Assembly: GCA_040954595.2 (NCBI GenBank)
Contig: CM082596.2
Location: forward strand, 11,090,454 to 11,154,453
Source of the DNA: Balanoglossus misakiensis
Taxonomy: Eukaryota > Animalia > Hemichordata
Direction: 5' to 3'
DNA length: 64,000 nt
Under the pieces are notes generated by a model. That model did no database searches, had not been told where the DNA came from, and saw nothing but the letters and a program-made list of their open reading frames with translations. The stretch's first letter is position 1. The number at the start of each line of letters is the position of its first letter. Below, one piece after another: positions 12,315-27,300 of this stretch. A program made the translations under genes and the position numbers.

Positions 12315-15300
12315 TAAATGGTATTCAAAGAAAGGTCACGTAACAGGATATGTATAGTTTCAAGGCTTTGTTTTGGAATAACGAATTCTCTACAAGATTT
12401 AAGTGGAACAGTCACACAGAATGAAAACAAATATGGAAAGAGTTATGCTGGAATGTTGTAAGGGATAGATTATTATTGCAAATAATGTAATTTCTTATAT
12501 CATAAATGGTATTCAAAGAAAGGTCACATAACAGGATATGTTTAGTTTCAAGGCTTTGTTTTGGAATAACGAATTCTCTACAAGATTTAAGTGGAACAGT
12601 CACAGAATGAAAACAAATATGGAAAGATTATGCTGGAATGTTGTAAGGGATAGATTAATATTGCAAATAATGTAATTTCTTACATCATAAATGGTATTCA
12701 AAGAAAGGTCACATAACAGGATATGTTATACAAAAAAGACATGTATATTTTCAAGGCTTTGTTTTGGAATAACAAATTCTCTCCAAGATTTAAGTTAAAC
12801 AGTCACAGAATGAAAACAAATATGGAAAGAGTTATGCCGGAATGTTGTAAAGGTTAGAATAATATTGCACATAATTTAATTTCTTACATCATAAATGGAA
12901 TTCAAAGAATGGTCACATAACAGGATATGTTTTACTAAAAAGACTTATGTATAATTTCAAGGGTTTGTGTTGAAATACTGAATTCACTACAAGATTTAAG
13001 TGGAACAGTCACAGAATGAAAGCAAATATGGAAAGAGTTATGCTGGAATGTTGTAAGGGATAGATTAATATTGCAAATAATTTAATTTCTTACATCATAA
13101 ATGGTATTCAAAGAAAGGTCATATAAGAGGATATGTATAGTTTCAAGGCTTTGTTTTGGAATAACGAATTCTCTACAAGATTTAAGTGGAACAGTCACAG
13201 AATGAAAACAAATATGGAAAGAGTTATGCCGGAATGTTGTAAGGGATAGATTAATATTGCAAATAATTTAATTTCTTACATCATAAATGGAATTCAAAGA
13301 ATGGTCACATAACGGGCCATGTTTTACTAAAAAACTTCTGTACAGTTTCAAGGGTTTGTGTTGAAATACCGAATTCTCTCCAAGATTTAAATGGAACAGT
13401 TACAGAATGAAAACAAATATTGAAATAGTTATGCTGGAATGTTGTAAGGGATAGATTAATATTGCAAAAAAATTAATTTCTTACATCATAAATAGAATTC
13501 AAAGAATGGTCACATAACAGGCCATGCTTTACTAAAAAGACTTATGTATAGTTTCAGGGGTTTGTGTTGAAATACCGAATTCTCTCCAAGATTTAAGTGG
13601 AACAGTCACAGAATTAAAACAAATATGGAAAGAGTTATGCTGGAATGTTGTAAGGGATAAATTAATATTGCAAAGAATTTAATTTCTTACATCATAAATG
13701 GAATTCAAAGAAAGGTCACGTAACAGGATATGTATAGTTTCAAGGCTTTGTTTTGGAATAACGAATTCTCTACAAGATTTAAGTGGAGCAGTCACACAGA
13801 ATGAAAACAAATATGGAAAGAGTTATGCTGGTATGTTGTAAGGAATAGATTAATATTGCAAATAATGTAATTCCTTACATCATAAATGGTATTCAAAGAA
13901 AGGTCACATGGGAGGATATGTATAGTTTCAAGGCTTTGTTTTGGAATAACGAATTCTCTACAAGATTTAAGTGGAACAGTCACAGAATGAAAACAAATAT
14001 GGAAAGAGTTATGCTAGAATGTTGTATGGGATAGATTAATATTGCAAATAATGTATTTTCTTACATCATAAATGGTATTCAAAGAAGGGTCACGTAACAG
14101 GATATGTATAGTTTCAAGGCTTTGTGTTGAAATACCAAATTCTTTCCAAGATTTAAGTGGAACAGTCACAAAATGAAAACAAATATGGAAAGAGTTATGC
14201 AGAGATGTTGTAAGGGATAGATTAATATTGCAAATAATGTAATTTGTTACATCATAAATGGTATTCAAAAAAAGGTCGCGTAACAGGATATGTATAGTTT
14301 CAAGGCTTTGTTTTGGAATAACGAATTCACTACAAGAATTAAGTGCAACAGTCACAAAATGAAAACAAATATGGAAAGAGTTTTGCTGGAATGTTGTAAG
14401 GGATAGATTAATATTGCAAATAATGTAATTTCTTACATCATAAATGGTATTCAAAGAAAGGTCACATAACAGGATATGTATATTTTCAAGGCTTTGTTTT
14501 GGAATAACGAATTCTCTACAAGATTTAAGTGGAACAGTCACAGAATGAAAACAAATATGGAAAGAGTTATGCCGGAATGTTGTAAGGGATAGATTAATAT
14601 TGAAAATAATTTAATTTTTAACATCATAAATGGAATTCAAAGAATGGTCACATAACGGGCCATGTTTTACTAAAAAACTTCTGTATAGTTTCAAGTGTTT
14701 GTGTTGAAATTCCGAATTCTCTCCAAGATTTAAGTGGAACAGTTACAGAATGAAAACAAATATTGAAATAGTTATGCTGGAATGTTGTAAGGGATAGATT
14801 AATATTGCAAAAAAATAAATTTCTTACATCATAAATAGAATTCAAAGAATGGTCACATAACAGGCCATGCTTTACTAAAAAGACTTATGTATAGTTTCAA
14901 GGGTTTGTGTTGAAATACCGAATTCTCTCCAAGATTTAAGTGGAACAGTCACAGAATTAAAACAAATATGGAAAGAGTTATGCTGGAATGTTGTAAGGGA
15001 TAGATTAATGTTGCAAAGAATTTAATTTCTTACATCATAAATGGAATTCAAAGAAAGGTCACGTAACAGGATATGTATAGTTTCAAGGCTTTGTTTTGGA
15101 ATAATGAATTCACTACAAGAATTAAGTGCAACAGTCACAAAATGAAAACAAATATGGAAAGAGTTTTGCTGGAATGTTGTAAGGGATAGATTAATATTGC
15201 AAATAATGTAATTTCTTACATCATAAAATGAATTCAAAGAATGGTCACATAACAGGATATGTTTTACTAAAAAGACTTATGTATAGTTTCAAGGCTTTGT

Positions 15301-18300
15301 TTTGGAATAACAAATTCTCTACAAGATTTAAGTGGAACATTCACAGAATGAAAACAAATATGGAAAGAGTTATGCCGGAATGTTGTAAGGAATAGATTAA
15401 TATTGCAAATAATTTAATTTCTTACATCATAAATGGAATTCAAAGAAATGTCACGTAACAGGATATGTATAGTTTCAAGCCTTTGTTTTGGAGTAACGAA
15501 TTCTCTACAAGATTTAAGTGGAACAGTCACAGAATGAAAACAAATATGGAAAGAGTTATGCTGGAATGTTGTATGGGATGGATTAATATTGCAAATAATG
15601 TAATTTCTTACATCATAAATGGAATTCAAAGAATGGTCAAATAACAGGATATGTTTTACTAAAAAGACTTATGTATAGTTTCAAGGGTTTGTGTTGAAAT
15701 ACTGAATTCACTACAAGGTTTAAGTGGAACAGTCACAGAATGAAAGCAAATATGGAAAGAGTTATGCTGGAATGTTGTAAGGGATAGATTAATATTGCAA
15801 ATAATTTAATTTCTTACATCATAAATAGAATTCAAAGAAAGGTCATATAAGAGGATATGTATAGTTTCAAGGCTTTGTTTTGGAATAACGAATTCTCTAC
15901 AAGATTTAAGTGGAACAGTCGCAGAATGAAAACAAATATGGAAAGAGTTATGCCGAAATGTTCTAATGGATAGATTAATATTGCAAATAATTTAATTTCT
16001 TACATCATAAATGGAATTCAAAGAATGGTCACATAACGGGCCATGTTTTACTAAAAAACTTCTGTACAGTTTCAAGGGTTTGTGTTGAAATACCGAATTC
16101 TCTCCAAGATTTAAGTGGAACAGTTACAGAATGAAAACAAATATTGAAATAGTTATGCTGGAATGTTGTAAGGGATAGATTAATATTGCAAAAAAAATTA
16201 ATTTCTTACATCATAAATAGAATTCAAAGAATGGTCACATAACAGGCCATGCTTTACTAAAAAGACTTATGTATAGTTTCAAGGGTTTGTGTTGAAATAC
16301 CGAATTCTCTCCAAGATTTAAGTGGAACAGTCACAGAATTAAAACAAATATGGAAAGAGTTATGCTGGAATGTTGTAAGGGATAGATTAATGTTGCAAAG
16401 AATTTAATTTCTTACATCATAAATGGAATTCAAAGAAAGGTCACGTAACAGGATATGTATAGTTTCAAGGCTTTGTTTTGGAATAATGAATTCACTACAA
16501 GAATTAAGTGCAACAGTCACAAAATGAAAACAAATATGGAAAGAGTTTTGCTGGAATGTTGTAAGGGATAGATTAATATTGCAAATAATGTAATTTCTTA
16601 CATCATAAAATGAATTCAAAGAATGGTCACATAACAGGATATGTTTTACTAAAAAGACTTATGTATAGTTTCAAGGCTTTGTTTTGGAATAACAAATTCT
16701 CTACAAGATTTAAGTGGAACATTCACAGAATGAAAACAAATATGGAAAGAGTTATGCCGGAATGTTGTAAGGAATAGATTAATATTGCAAATAATTTAAT
16801 TTCTTACATCATAAATGGAATTCAAAGAAATGTCACGTAACAGGATATGTATAGTTTCAAGCCTTTGTTTTGGAGTAACGAATTCTCTACAAGATTTAAG
16901 TGGAACAGTCACAGAATGAAAACAAATATGGAAAGAGTTATGCTGGAATGTTGTATGGGATGGATTAATATTGCAAATAATGTAATTTCTTACATCATAA
17001 ATGGAATTCAAAGAATGGTCAAATAACAGGATATGTTTTACTAAAAAGACTTATGTATAGTTTCAAGGGTTTGTGTTGAAATACTGAATTCACTACAAGG
17101 TTTAAGTGGAACAGTCACAGAATGAAAGCAAATATGGAAAGAGTTATGCTGGAATGTTGTAAGGGATAGATTAATATTGCAAATAATTTAATTTCTTACA
17201 TCATAAATAGAATTCAAAGAAAGGTCATATAAGAGGATATGTATAGTTTCAAGGCTTTGTTTTGGAATAACGAATTCTCTACAAGATTTAAGTGGAACAG
17301 TCGCAGAATGAAAACAAATATGGAAAGAGTTATGCCGAAATGTTCTAATGGATAGATTAATATTGCAAATAATTTAATTTCTTACATCATAAATGGAATT
17401 CAAAGAATGGTCACATAACGGGCCATGTTTTACTAAAAAACTTCTGTACAGTTTCAAGGGTTTGTGTTGAAATACCGAATTCTCTCCAAGATTTAAGTGG
17501 AACAGTTACAGAATGAAAACAAATATTGAAATAGTTATGCTGGAATGTTGTAAGGGATAGATTAATATTGCAAAAAAAATTAATTTCTTACATCATAAAT
17601 AGAATTCAAAGAATGGTCACATAACAGGCCATGCTTTACTAAAAAGACTTATGTATAGTTTCAGGGGTTTGTGTTGAAATACCGAATTCTCTCCAAGATT
17701 TAAGTGGAACAGTCACAGAATTAAAACAAATATGGAAAGAGTTTTGCTGGAATGTTGTAAGGGATAGATTAATATTGCAAATAATGTAATTTCTTACATC
17801 ATAAATGGTATTCAAAGAAAGGTCACATAACAGGATATGTATATTTTCAAGGCTTTGTTTTGGAATAACGAATTCTCTACAAGATTTAAGTGGAACAGTC
17901 ACAGAATGAAAACAAATATGGAAAGAGTTATGCTGGAATGTTGTAAGGGATAGATTAATATTGCAAAGAATTTAATTTCTTATATCATAAATGGAATTCA
18001 AAGAAAGGTCACGTAACAGGATATGTATAGTTTCAAGGCTTTGTGTTGAAATACCAAATTCTTTCCAAGATTTAAGTGGAACAGTCACAGAATGAAAACA
18101 AATATGGAAAGAGTTATGCTGAGATGTTGTAAGGGATAGATTAATATTACAAATAATGTAATTTGTTACATCATAAATGGTATTCAAAGAAAGGTCACTT
18201 AACAGGATATGTATAGTTTCAAGGCTTTGTTTTGGAATAACGAATTCTCTACAAGATTTAAGTAGAGCAGTCACACAGAATGAAAACAAATATGGAAAGA

Positions 18301-21300
18301 GTTATGCTGGAATGTTGTAAGGGATAGATTAATATTGCAAATAATGTAATTTCTTACATCATAAATGGTATTCAAAGAAAGGTCACATAGGAGGATATGT
18401 ATAGTTTCAAGGCTTTGTTTTGGAATAACGAATTCTCTACAAGATTTAAGTGGAACAGTCACAGAATGAAAACAAATATGGAAAGAGTTATGCTGTAATG
18501 TTGTAAGGGATAGAATAATATTGCATAAAATTTAATTTCTTACATCATAAATGGAATTCAAAGAATGGTCACATAACTGGATATGTTTTACTAAAAAGAC
18601 TTATGTATAGGTTCAAGAATTTGTGTTGAAATACCAAATTCTCTACAAGATTTAAGTGGAACAGTCACAGAATGAAAACAAATATGGAAAGAGTTATGTC
18701 GGAATGTTGTAAGGGATAGATTAATATTGCAAATAATTTAATTTCTTACATCATAAAAGGAATTCAAAGAATGGTCACATAACGGGCCATGTTTTACTAA
18801 AAAGACTTATGTATAGTTTCAAGGCTTTGTTTTGGAATAACGAATTCTCTCCAAGATTTAAGTTGAACAGTTACAGAATGAAAACAAATATTCAAATAGT
18901 TATGCTGGAATGTTGTAAGGGATAGTTTAATATTGCAAATAATTTAATTTCTCACATCATAAATGAAATTCAAAGAATGGTAAAATAACGGGCCATGTTT
19001 TACTAAAAAGACTTAATATGTATAGTTTGAAGGCTTTGTTTTGGAATAACGAATTCTCTACAAGATGTAAGTGGAACAGTCACAGAATGAAAACAAATAT
19101 GGAAAGAGTTATGCCGGAATGTTGTAAGGAATAGATTAATATTGCAAATAATTTAATTTCTTACATCATAAATGGAATTCAAAGAAAGGTCACGTAACAT
19201 GATATGTATAGTTTCAAGCCTTTGTTTTGGAGTAACGAATTCTCTACAAGATTTAAGTGGAACAGTCACAGAATGAAAACAAATATGGAAAGAGTTATGC
19301 CGGAATGTTGTAAGGGATAGATTAATATTGCAAAAAATTTAATTTCTTACATCATAAATGGAATTCAAAGAATGGTCACATAACGGGCCATGTTTTACTA
19401 AAAAACTTCTGTATAGTTTCAAGGGTTTGTGTTGAAATTCCGAATTCTCTCCAAGATTTAAGTGGAACAGTTACAGAATGAAAACAAATATTGAAATAGT
19501 TATGCTGGAATGTTGTAAGGGATAGATTAATATTGCAAAAAAATAAATTTCTTACATCATAAATAGAATTCAAAGAATGGTCACATAACAGGCCATGCTT
19601 TACTAAAGAGACTTAATATGTATAGTTTGAAGGCTTTGTTTTGGAATAACGAATTCTCTACAAGATTTAAGTGGAATAGTCACAGAATGAAAACAAATAT
19701 GGAAAGAGTTATGCTGGAATGTTGTAAGGGATAGAATAATATTGCATAAAATTTAATTTCTTACATCATAAATGGAATTCAAAGAATGGTCACATAACTG
19801 GATATGTTTTACTAAAAAGACTTATGTATAGGTTCAAGAATTTGTGTTGAAATACCAAATTCTCTACAAGATTTAAGTGGAACAGTCACAGAATGAAAAC
19901 AAATATGGAAAGAGTTATGCTGAAATGTTGTAAGGGATAGAATAATATTGCATAAAATTTAATTTCTTACATCATAAATGGAATTCAAAGAATGGTCACA
20001 TAACTGGATATGTTTTACTAAAAAGACTTATGTATAGGTTCAAGAATTTGTGTTGAAATACCAAATTCTCTACAAGATTTAAGTCGAACAGTCACAGAAT
20101 GAAAACAAATATGGAAAGAGTTATGTCGGAATGTTGTAAGGGATAGATTAATATTGCAAATAATTTAATTTCTTACATCATAAAAGGAATTCAAAGAATG
20201 GTCACATAACGGGCCATGTTTTACTAAAAAGACTTATGTATAGTTTCAAGGCTTTGTTTTGGAATAACGAATTCTCTCCAAGATTTAAGTTGAACAGTTA
20301 CAGAATGAAAACAAATATTCAAATAGTTATGCTGGAATGTTGTAAGGGATAGTTTAATATTGCAAATAATTTAATTTCTCACATCATAAATGAAATTCAA
20401 AGAATGGTAAAATAACGGGCCATGTTTTACTAAAAAGACTTAATATGTATAGTTTGAAGGCTTTGTTTTGGAATAACGAATTCTCTACAAGATGTAAGTG
20501 GAACAGTCACAGAATGAAAACAAATATGGAAAGAGTTATGCCGGAATGTTGTAAGGAATAGATTAATATTGCAAATAATTTAATTTCTTACATCATAAAT
20601 GGAATTCAAAGAAAGGTCACGTAACATGATATGTATAGTTTCAAGCCTTTGTTTTGGAGTAACGAATTCTCTACAAGATTTAAGTGGAACAGTCACAGAA
20701 TGAAAACAAATATGGAAAGAGTTATGCCGGAATGTTGTAAGGGATAGATTAATATTGCAAAAAATTTAATTTCTTACATCATAAATGGAATTCAAAGAAT
20801 GGTCACATAACGGGCCATGTTTTACTAAAAAACTTCTGTATAGTTTCAAGGGTTTGTGTTGAAATTCCGAATTCTCTCCAAGATTTAAGTGGAACAGTTA
20901 CAGAATGAAAACAAATATTGAAATAGTTATGCTGGAATGTTGTAAGGGATAGATTAATATTGCAAAAAAATAAATTTCTTACATCATAAATAGAATTCAA
21001 AGAATGGTCACATAACAGGCCATGCTTTACTAAAGAGACTTAATATGTATAGTTTGAAGGCTTTGTTTTGGAATAACGAATTCTCTACAAGATTTAAGTG
21101 GAATAGTCACAGAATGAAAACAAATATGGAAAGAGTTATGCTGGAATGTTGTAAGGGATAGAATAATATTGCATAAAATTTAATTTCTTACATCATAAAT
21201 GGAATTCAAAGAATGGTCACATAACTGGATATGTTTTACTAAAAAGACTTATGTATAGGTTCAAGAATTTGTGTTGAAATACCAAATTCTCTACAAGATT

Positions 21301-24300
21301 TAAGTGGAACAGTCACAGAATGAAAACAAATATGGAAAGAGTTATGCTGAAATGTTGTAAGGGATAGAATAATATTGCATAAAATTTAATTTCTTACATC
21401 ATAAATGGAATTCAAAGAATGGTCACATAACTGGATATGTTTTACTAAAAAGACTTATGTATAGGTTCAAGAATTTGTGTTGAAATACCAAATTCTCTAC
21501 AAGATTTAAGTCGAACAGTCACAGAATGAAAACAAATATGGAAAGAGTTATGTCGGAATGTTGTAAGGAATAGATTAATATTGCAAATAATTTAATTTCT
21601 TACATCATAAATGGAATTCAAAGAAAGGTCACGTAACATGATATGTATAGTTTCAAGCCTTTGTTTTGGAGTAACGAATTCTCTACAAGATTTAAGTGGA
21701 ACAGTCACAGAATGAAAAAAAATATGGAAAGAGTTATGCTGAAATGTTGTAAGGGATAGATTAATATTGCATAAAATTTAATTACTTACATCATAAATGG
21801 AATTCAAAGAATGGTCACATAACAGGATATGTTTTACTAAAAAGAATTATGTATAGGTTCAAGAATTTGTGTTGAAATACCAAATTCTCTACAAGATTTA
21901 AGTGGAACAGTCACAGAATGAAAACAAATATGGAAAGAGTTATGTCGGAATGTTGTAAGGGATAGATTAATATTGCAAATAATTTAATTTCTTACATCAT
22001 CAATGGAATTCAAAGAATGGTCACATAACGGGCCATGTTTTACTAAAAAGACTTATGTATAGTTTCAAGGCTTTGTTTTGGAATAACGAATTCTCTCCAA
22101 GATTTAAGTTGAACAGTTACAGAATGAAAACAAATATTCAAATAGTTATGCTCGAATGTTGTAAGGGATAGTTTAATATTGCAAATAATTTAATTTCTCA
22201 CATCATAAATGAAATTCAAAGAATGGTCACATAACGGGCCATGTTTTACTAAAAAGACTTAATATGTATAGTTTGAAGGCTTTGTTTTGGAATAACAAAT
22301 TCTCTCCAAGATTTAAGTTGAACAGTTACAGAATGAAAACAAATATTCAAATAGTTATGCTCGAATGTTGTAAGGGATAGTTTAATATTGCAAATAATTT
22401 AATTTCTCACATCATAAATGAAATTCAAAGAATGGTCACATAACGGGCCATGTTTTACTAAAAAGACTTAATATGTATAGTTTGAAGGCTTTGTTTTGGA
22501 ATAACGAATTCTCTACAAGATTTAAGTGGAACAGTCACAGAATGAAAACAAATATGGAAAGAGTAATGCCGGAATGTTGTAAGGAATAGATTAATATTGC
22601 AAATAATTTAATTTCTTACATCATACATGGAATTCAAAGAAAGGTCACGTAACAGGATATGTATAGTTTCAAGCTTTTGTTTTGGAGTAACGAATTCTCT
22701 ACAAGATTTAAGTGGAACAGTCACAGAATGAAAACAAATATGGAAAGAGTTATGCTGAAATGTTGTAAGGGATAGATTAATATTGCATAAAATTTAATTA
22801 CTTACATCATAAATAGAATTCAAAGAATGGTCACATAACTGGATATGTTTTACTAAAAAGAATTATGTATAGGCTCAAGAATTTGTGTTGAAATACCAAA
22901 TTCTCTACAAGATTTAAGTTGAACAGTTACAGAATGAAAACAAATATGGAAAGAGTTATGCTGGAATGTTGTAAGGGATAGATTAATATTGCAAATAATT
23001 TAATTTCTTACATCATAAATGGAATTCAAAGAATGGTCACATACGATATGTTTTACTAAAAAGACTTATGTTATAGTTTCAAGGCTTTGTTTTGGAATAA
23101 CGAATTCTCTACAAGATTTAAGTGGAACAGTCACAGAATGAAAACAAATATGGAAAGAGTTATGCCGGAATGTTGTAAGGAATAGATTAATATTGCAAAT
23201 AATTTAATTTCTTACATCATAAATGGAATTCAAAGAAAGGTCACGTAACAGGATATGTATAGTTTCAAGGCTTTGTTTTGGAATAACGAATACTCTACAA
23301 GATTTAAGTAGAACAGTCACAGAATGAAAACAAATATGGAAAGAGTTATGCTGGAATGTTGTAAGGAATAGATTAATATTGCAAATAATTTAATTTCTTA
23401 CATCATAAATGGAATTCAAAGAAAGGTCACGTAACAGGATATGTATAGTTTCAAGCCTTTGTTTTGGAGTAACGAATTCTCTACAAGATTTAAGTGGAAC
23501 AGTCACAGAATGAAAACAAATATGGAAAGAGTTATGCTGAAATGTTGTAAGGGATAGAATAATATTGCATAAAATTTAATTTCTTACATCATAAATGGAA
23601 TTCAAAGAATGGTCACATAACTGGATATGTTTTACTAAAAAGACTAATATATAGGTTCAAGAATTTGTGTTGAAATACCAAATTCTCTACAAGATTTAAG
23701 TGGAACAGTCACAGAATGAAAACAAATATGGAAAGAGTTATGTCGGAATGTTGTAAGGGATAGATTAATATTGCAAATAATTTAATTTCTTACATCATAA
23801 ATGGAATTCAAAGAATGGTCACATAACGGGCCATGTTTTACTAAAAAGACTTATGTATAGTTTCAAGGCTTTGTTTTGGAATAACGAATTCTCTACAAGA
23901 TTTAAGTGGAACAGTCACAGAATGAAAACAAATATGGAAAGAGTTATGCCGGAATGTTGAAAGGAATAGATTAATATTGCAAATAATTTAATTTCTTACA
24001 TCATAAATGGAATTCAAAGAAAAGGCACGTAACAGGATATGTATAGTTTCAAGGCTTTGTTTTGGAATAACGAATTCTCTACAAGATTTAAGTGGAACAG
24101 TCACAGAATGAAAACAAATATGGAAAGAGTTATGCCGGAATGTTGTAAGGAATAGATTAATATTGCAAATAATTTAATTTCTTACATCATAAATGGAATT
24201 CAAACAAACGTCACGTAACAGGATATGTATAGTTTCAAGGCTTTGTTTTGGAATAACGAATACTCTACAAGATTTAAGTAGAACAGTCACAGAATGAAAA

Positions 24301-27300
24301 CAAGTATGGAAAGAGTTATGCTGGAATGTTGTAAGGGATAGATTAATATTGCAAAAAATTTAATTTCTTACACCATAAATGGAATTCAAAGAAAGGTCAC
24401 GTAACAGGATATGTATAGTTTCAAGCCTTTGTTTTGGAATAACGAATTCTCTACAAGATTTAAGTGGAACAGTCACAGAATGAAAACAAATATGGAAAGA
24501 GTTATGTCGGAATGTTGTAAGGGATAGATTAATATTGCAAATAATTTAATTTCTTACATCATAAATGGAATTCAAAGAATGGTCACATAACGGGCCATGT
24601 TTTACTAAAAAGACTTATGTTATAGTTTCAAGGCTTTGTTTTGGAATAACGAATTCTCTACAAGATTTAAGTGGAACAGTCACAGAATGAAAACAAATAT
24701 GGAAAGAGTTATGCCGGAATGTTGTAAGGAATAGATTAATATTGCAAATAATTTAATTTCTTACATCATAAATGGAATTCAAACAAATGTCACGTAATAG
24801 GATATGTATAGTTTCAAGGCTTTGTTTTGGAATAACGAATACTCTACAAGATTTAAGTAGAACAGTCACAGAATGAAAACAAATTAAAAAGAGTTATGCT
24901 GGAATGTTGTAAGGGATAGATTAATATTGCAAAAAATTTAATTTCTTACACCATAAATGGAATTCAAAGAAAAGTCACGTAACAGGATATGTATAGTTTC
25001 AAGCCTTTGTTTTGGAATAACGAATTCTCTACAAGATTTAAGTGGAACAGTCACAGAATGAAAAAAATATGGAAAGAGTTATGTCGGAATGTTGTAAGGG
25101 ATAGATTAATATTGCAAATAATTTAATTTCTTACAGCATAAATGGAATTCAAAGAATGGTCACATAACGGGCCATGTTTTACTAAAAAAGACTTATGTAT
25201 AGTTTCAAGGCTTTGTATAACGAATTCTCTCCAAGATTTAAGTTGAACAGTTACAGAATGAAAACAAATATGGAAAGAGTTATGCTGGAATGTTGTAAGG
25301 GATAGATTAATATTGCAAATAATATAATTTCTTATATCATAAAATGAATTCAAAGAATGGTCACATAACAGGATATGTTTTACTAAAAAGACTTATGTTA
25401 TAGTTTCAAGGCTTTGTTTTGGAATAACGAATTCTCTACAAGATTTAAGTGGAACAGTCACAGAATGAAAACAAATATGGAAAGAGTTATGCCGGAATGT
25501 TGTAAGGAATAGATTAACATTGCAAATAATTTAATTTCTTACATCATAAATGGAATTCAAAGAAAGGTCACGTAACAGGATATGTATAGTTTCAAGTCTT
25601 TGTTTTGGAGTAACGAATTCTCTACAAGATTTAAGTGGAACAGTCACAGAATGAAAACAAATATGGAAAGAGTTATGCTGAAATGTTGTAAGGGATAGAT
25701 TAATATTGCATAAAATTTAATTTCTTACATCATAAATGGAATTCAAAGAATGGTCACATAACTGGATATGTTTTACTAAAAAGACTTATGTATAGGTTCA
25801 AGAATTAGTGTTGAAATACCAAATTCTCTACAAGATTTAAGTTGAACAGTTACAGAATGAAAACAAATATTCAAATAGTTATGCTGGAATGTTGTAAGGG
25901 ATAGTTTAATATTGCAAATAATTTAATTTCTTACATCATAAATGGAATTCAAAGAATGGTCACATAACAGGATATGTTTTACTAAAAAGACTTATGTTAT
26001 AGTTTCAAGGCTTTGTTTTGGAATAACGAATTCTCTACAAGATTTAAGTGGAACAGTCACAGAATGAAAACAAATATGGAAAGAGTTATGCCGGAATGTT
26101 GTAAGGAATAGATTAATATTGCAAATAATTTAATTTCTTACATCATAAATGGAATTCAAACAAACGTCACGTAACAGGATATGTATAGTTTCAAGGCTTT
26201 GTTTTGGAATAACGAATACTCTACAAGATTTAAGTAGAACAGTCACAGAATGAAAACAAGAATGGAAAGAGTTATGCTGGAATGTTGTAAGGGATAGATT
26301 AATATTGCAAAAAATTTAATTTCTTACACCATAAATGGAATTCAAAGAAAGGTCACGTAACAGGATATGTATAGTTTCAAGCCTTTGTTTTGGAATAACG
26401 AATTCTCTACAAGATTTAAGTGGAACAGTCACAGAATGAAAACAAATATGGAAAGAGTTATGTCGGAATGCTGTAAGGGATAGATTAATATTGCAAATAA
26501 TTTAATTTCTTACATCATAAATGGAATTCAAAGAATGGTCACATAACGGGCCATGTTTTACTAAAAAGACTTATGTATAGTTTCAAGGCTTTGTTTTGGA
26601 ATAACGAATTCTCTCCAAGATTTAAGTTGAACAGTTACAGAATGAAAACAAATATGGAAAGAGTTATGCTGGAATGTTGTAAGGGATAGATTAATATTGC
26701 AAATAATTTAATTTCTTACATCATAAAATGAATTCAAAGAATGGTCACATAACAGGATATGTTTTACTAAAAAGACTTATGTTATAGTTTCAAGGCTTTG
26801 TTTTGGAATAACGAATTCTCTACAAGATTTAAGTGGAACAGTCACAGAATGAAAACAAATATGGAAAGAGTTATGCCGGAATGTTGTAAGGAATAGATTA
26901 ACATTGCAAATAATTTAATTTCTTACATCATAAATGGAATTCAAAGAAAGGTCACGTAACAGGATATGTATATTTTCAAGCCTTTGTTTTGGAGTAACGA
27001 ATTCTCTACAAGATTTAAGTGGAACAGTCACAGAATGAAAACAAATATGGAAAGAATTATGATGAAATGTTGTAAGGGATAGATTAATATTGCATAAAAT
27101 TTAATTTCTTACATCATAAATGGGATTCAAAGAATGGTCACATAACTGGATATGTTTTACTAAAAAGACTTATGTATAGGTTCAAGAATTTGTGTTGAAA
27201 TACCAAATTCTCTACAAGATTTAAGTTGAACAGTTACAGAATGAAAACAAATATTCAAATAGTTATGCTGGAATGTTGTAAGGGATAGTTTAATATTGCA

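Noticed and set aside
11283-12400. Satellite derived from the MITE's internal repeats
   Set aside because: No visible similarity between the MITE repeats and the satellite monomer.
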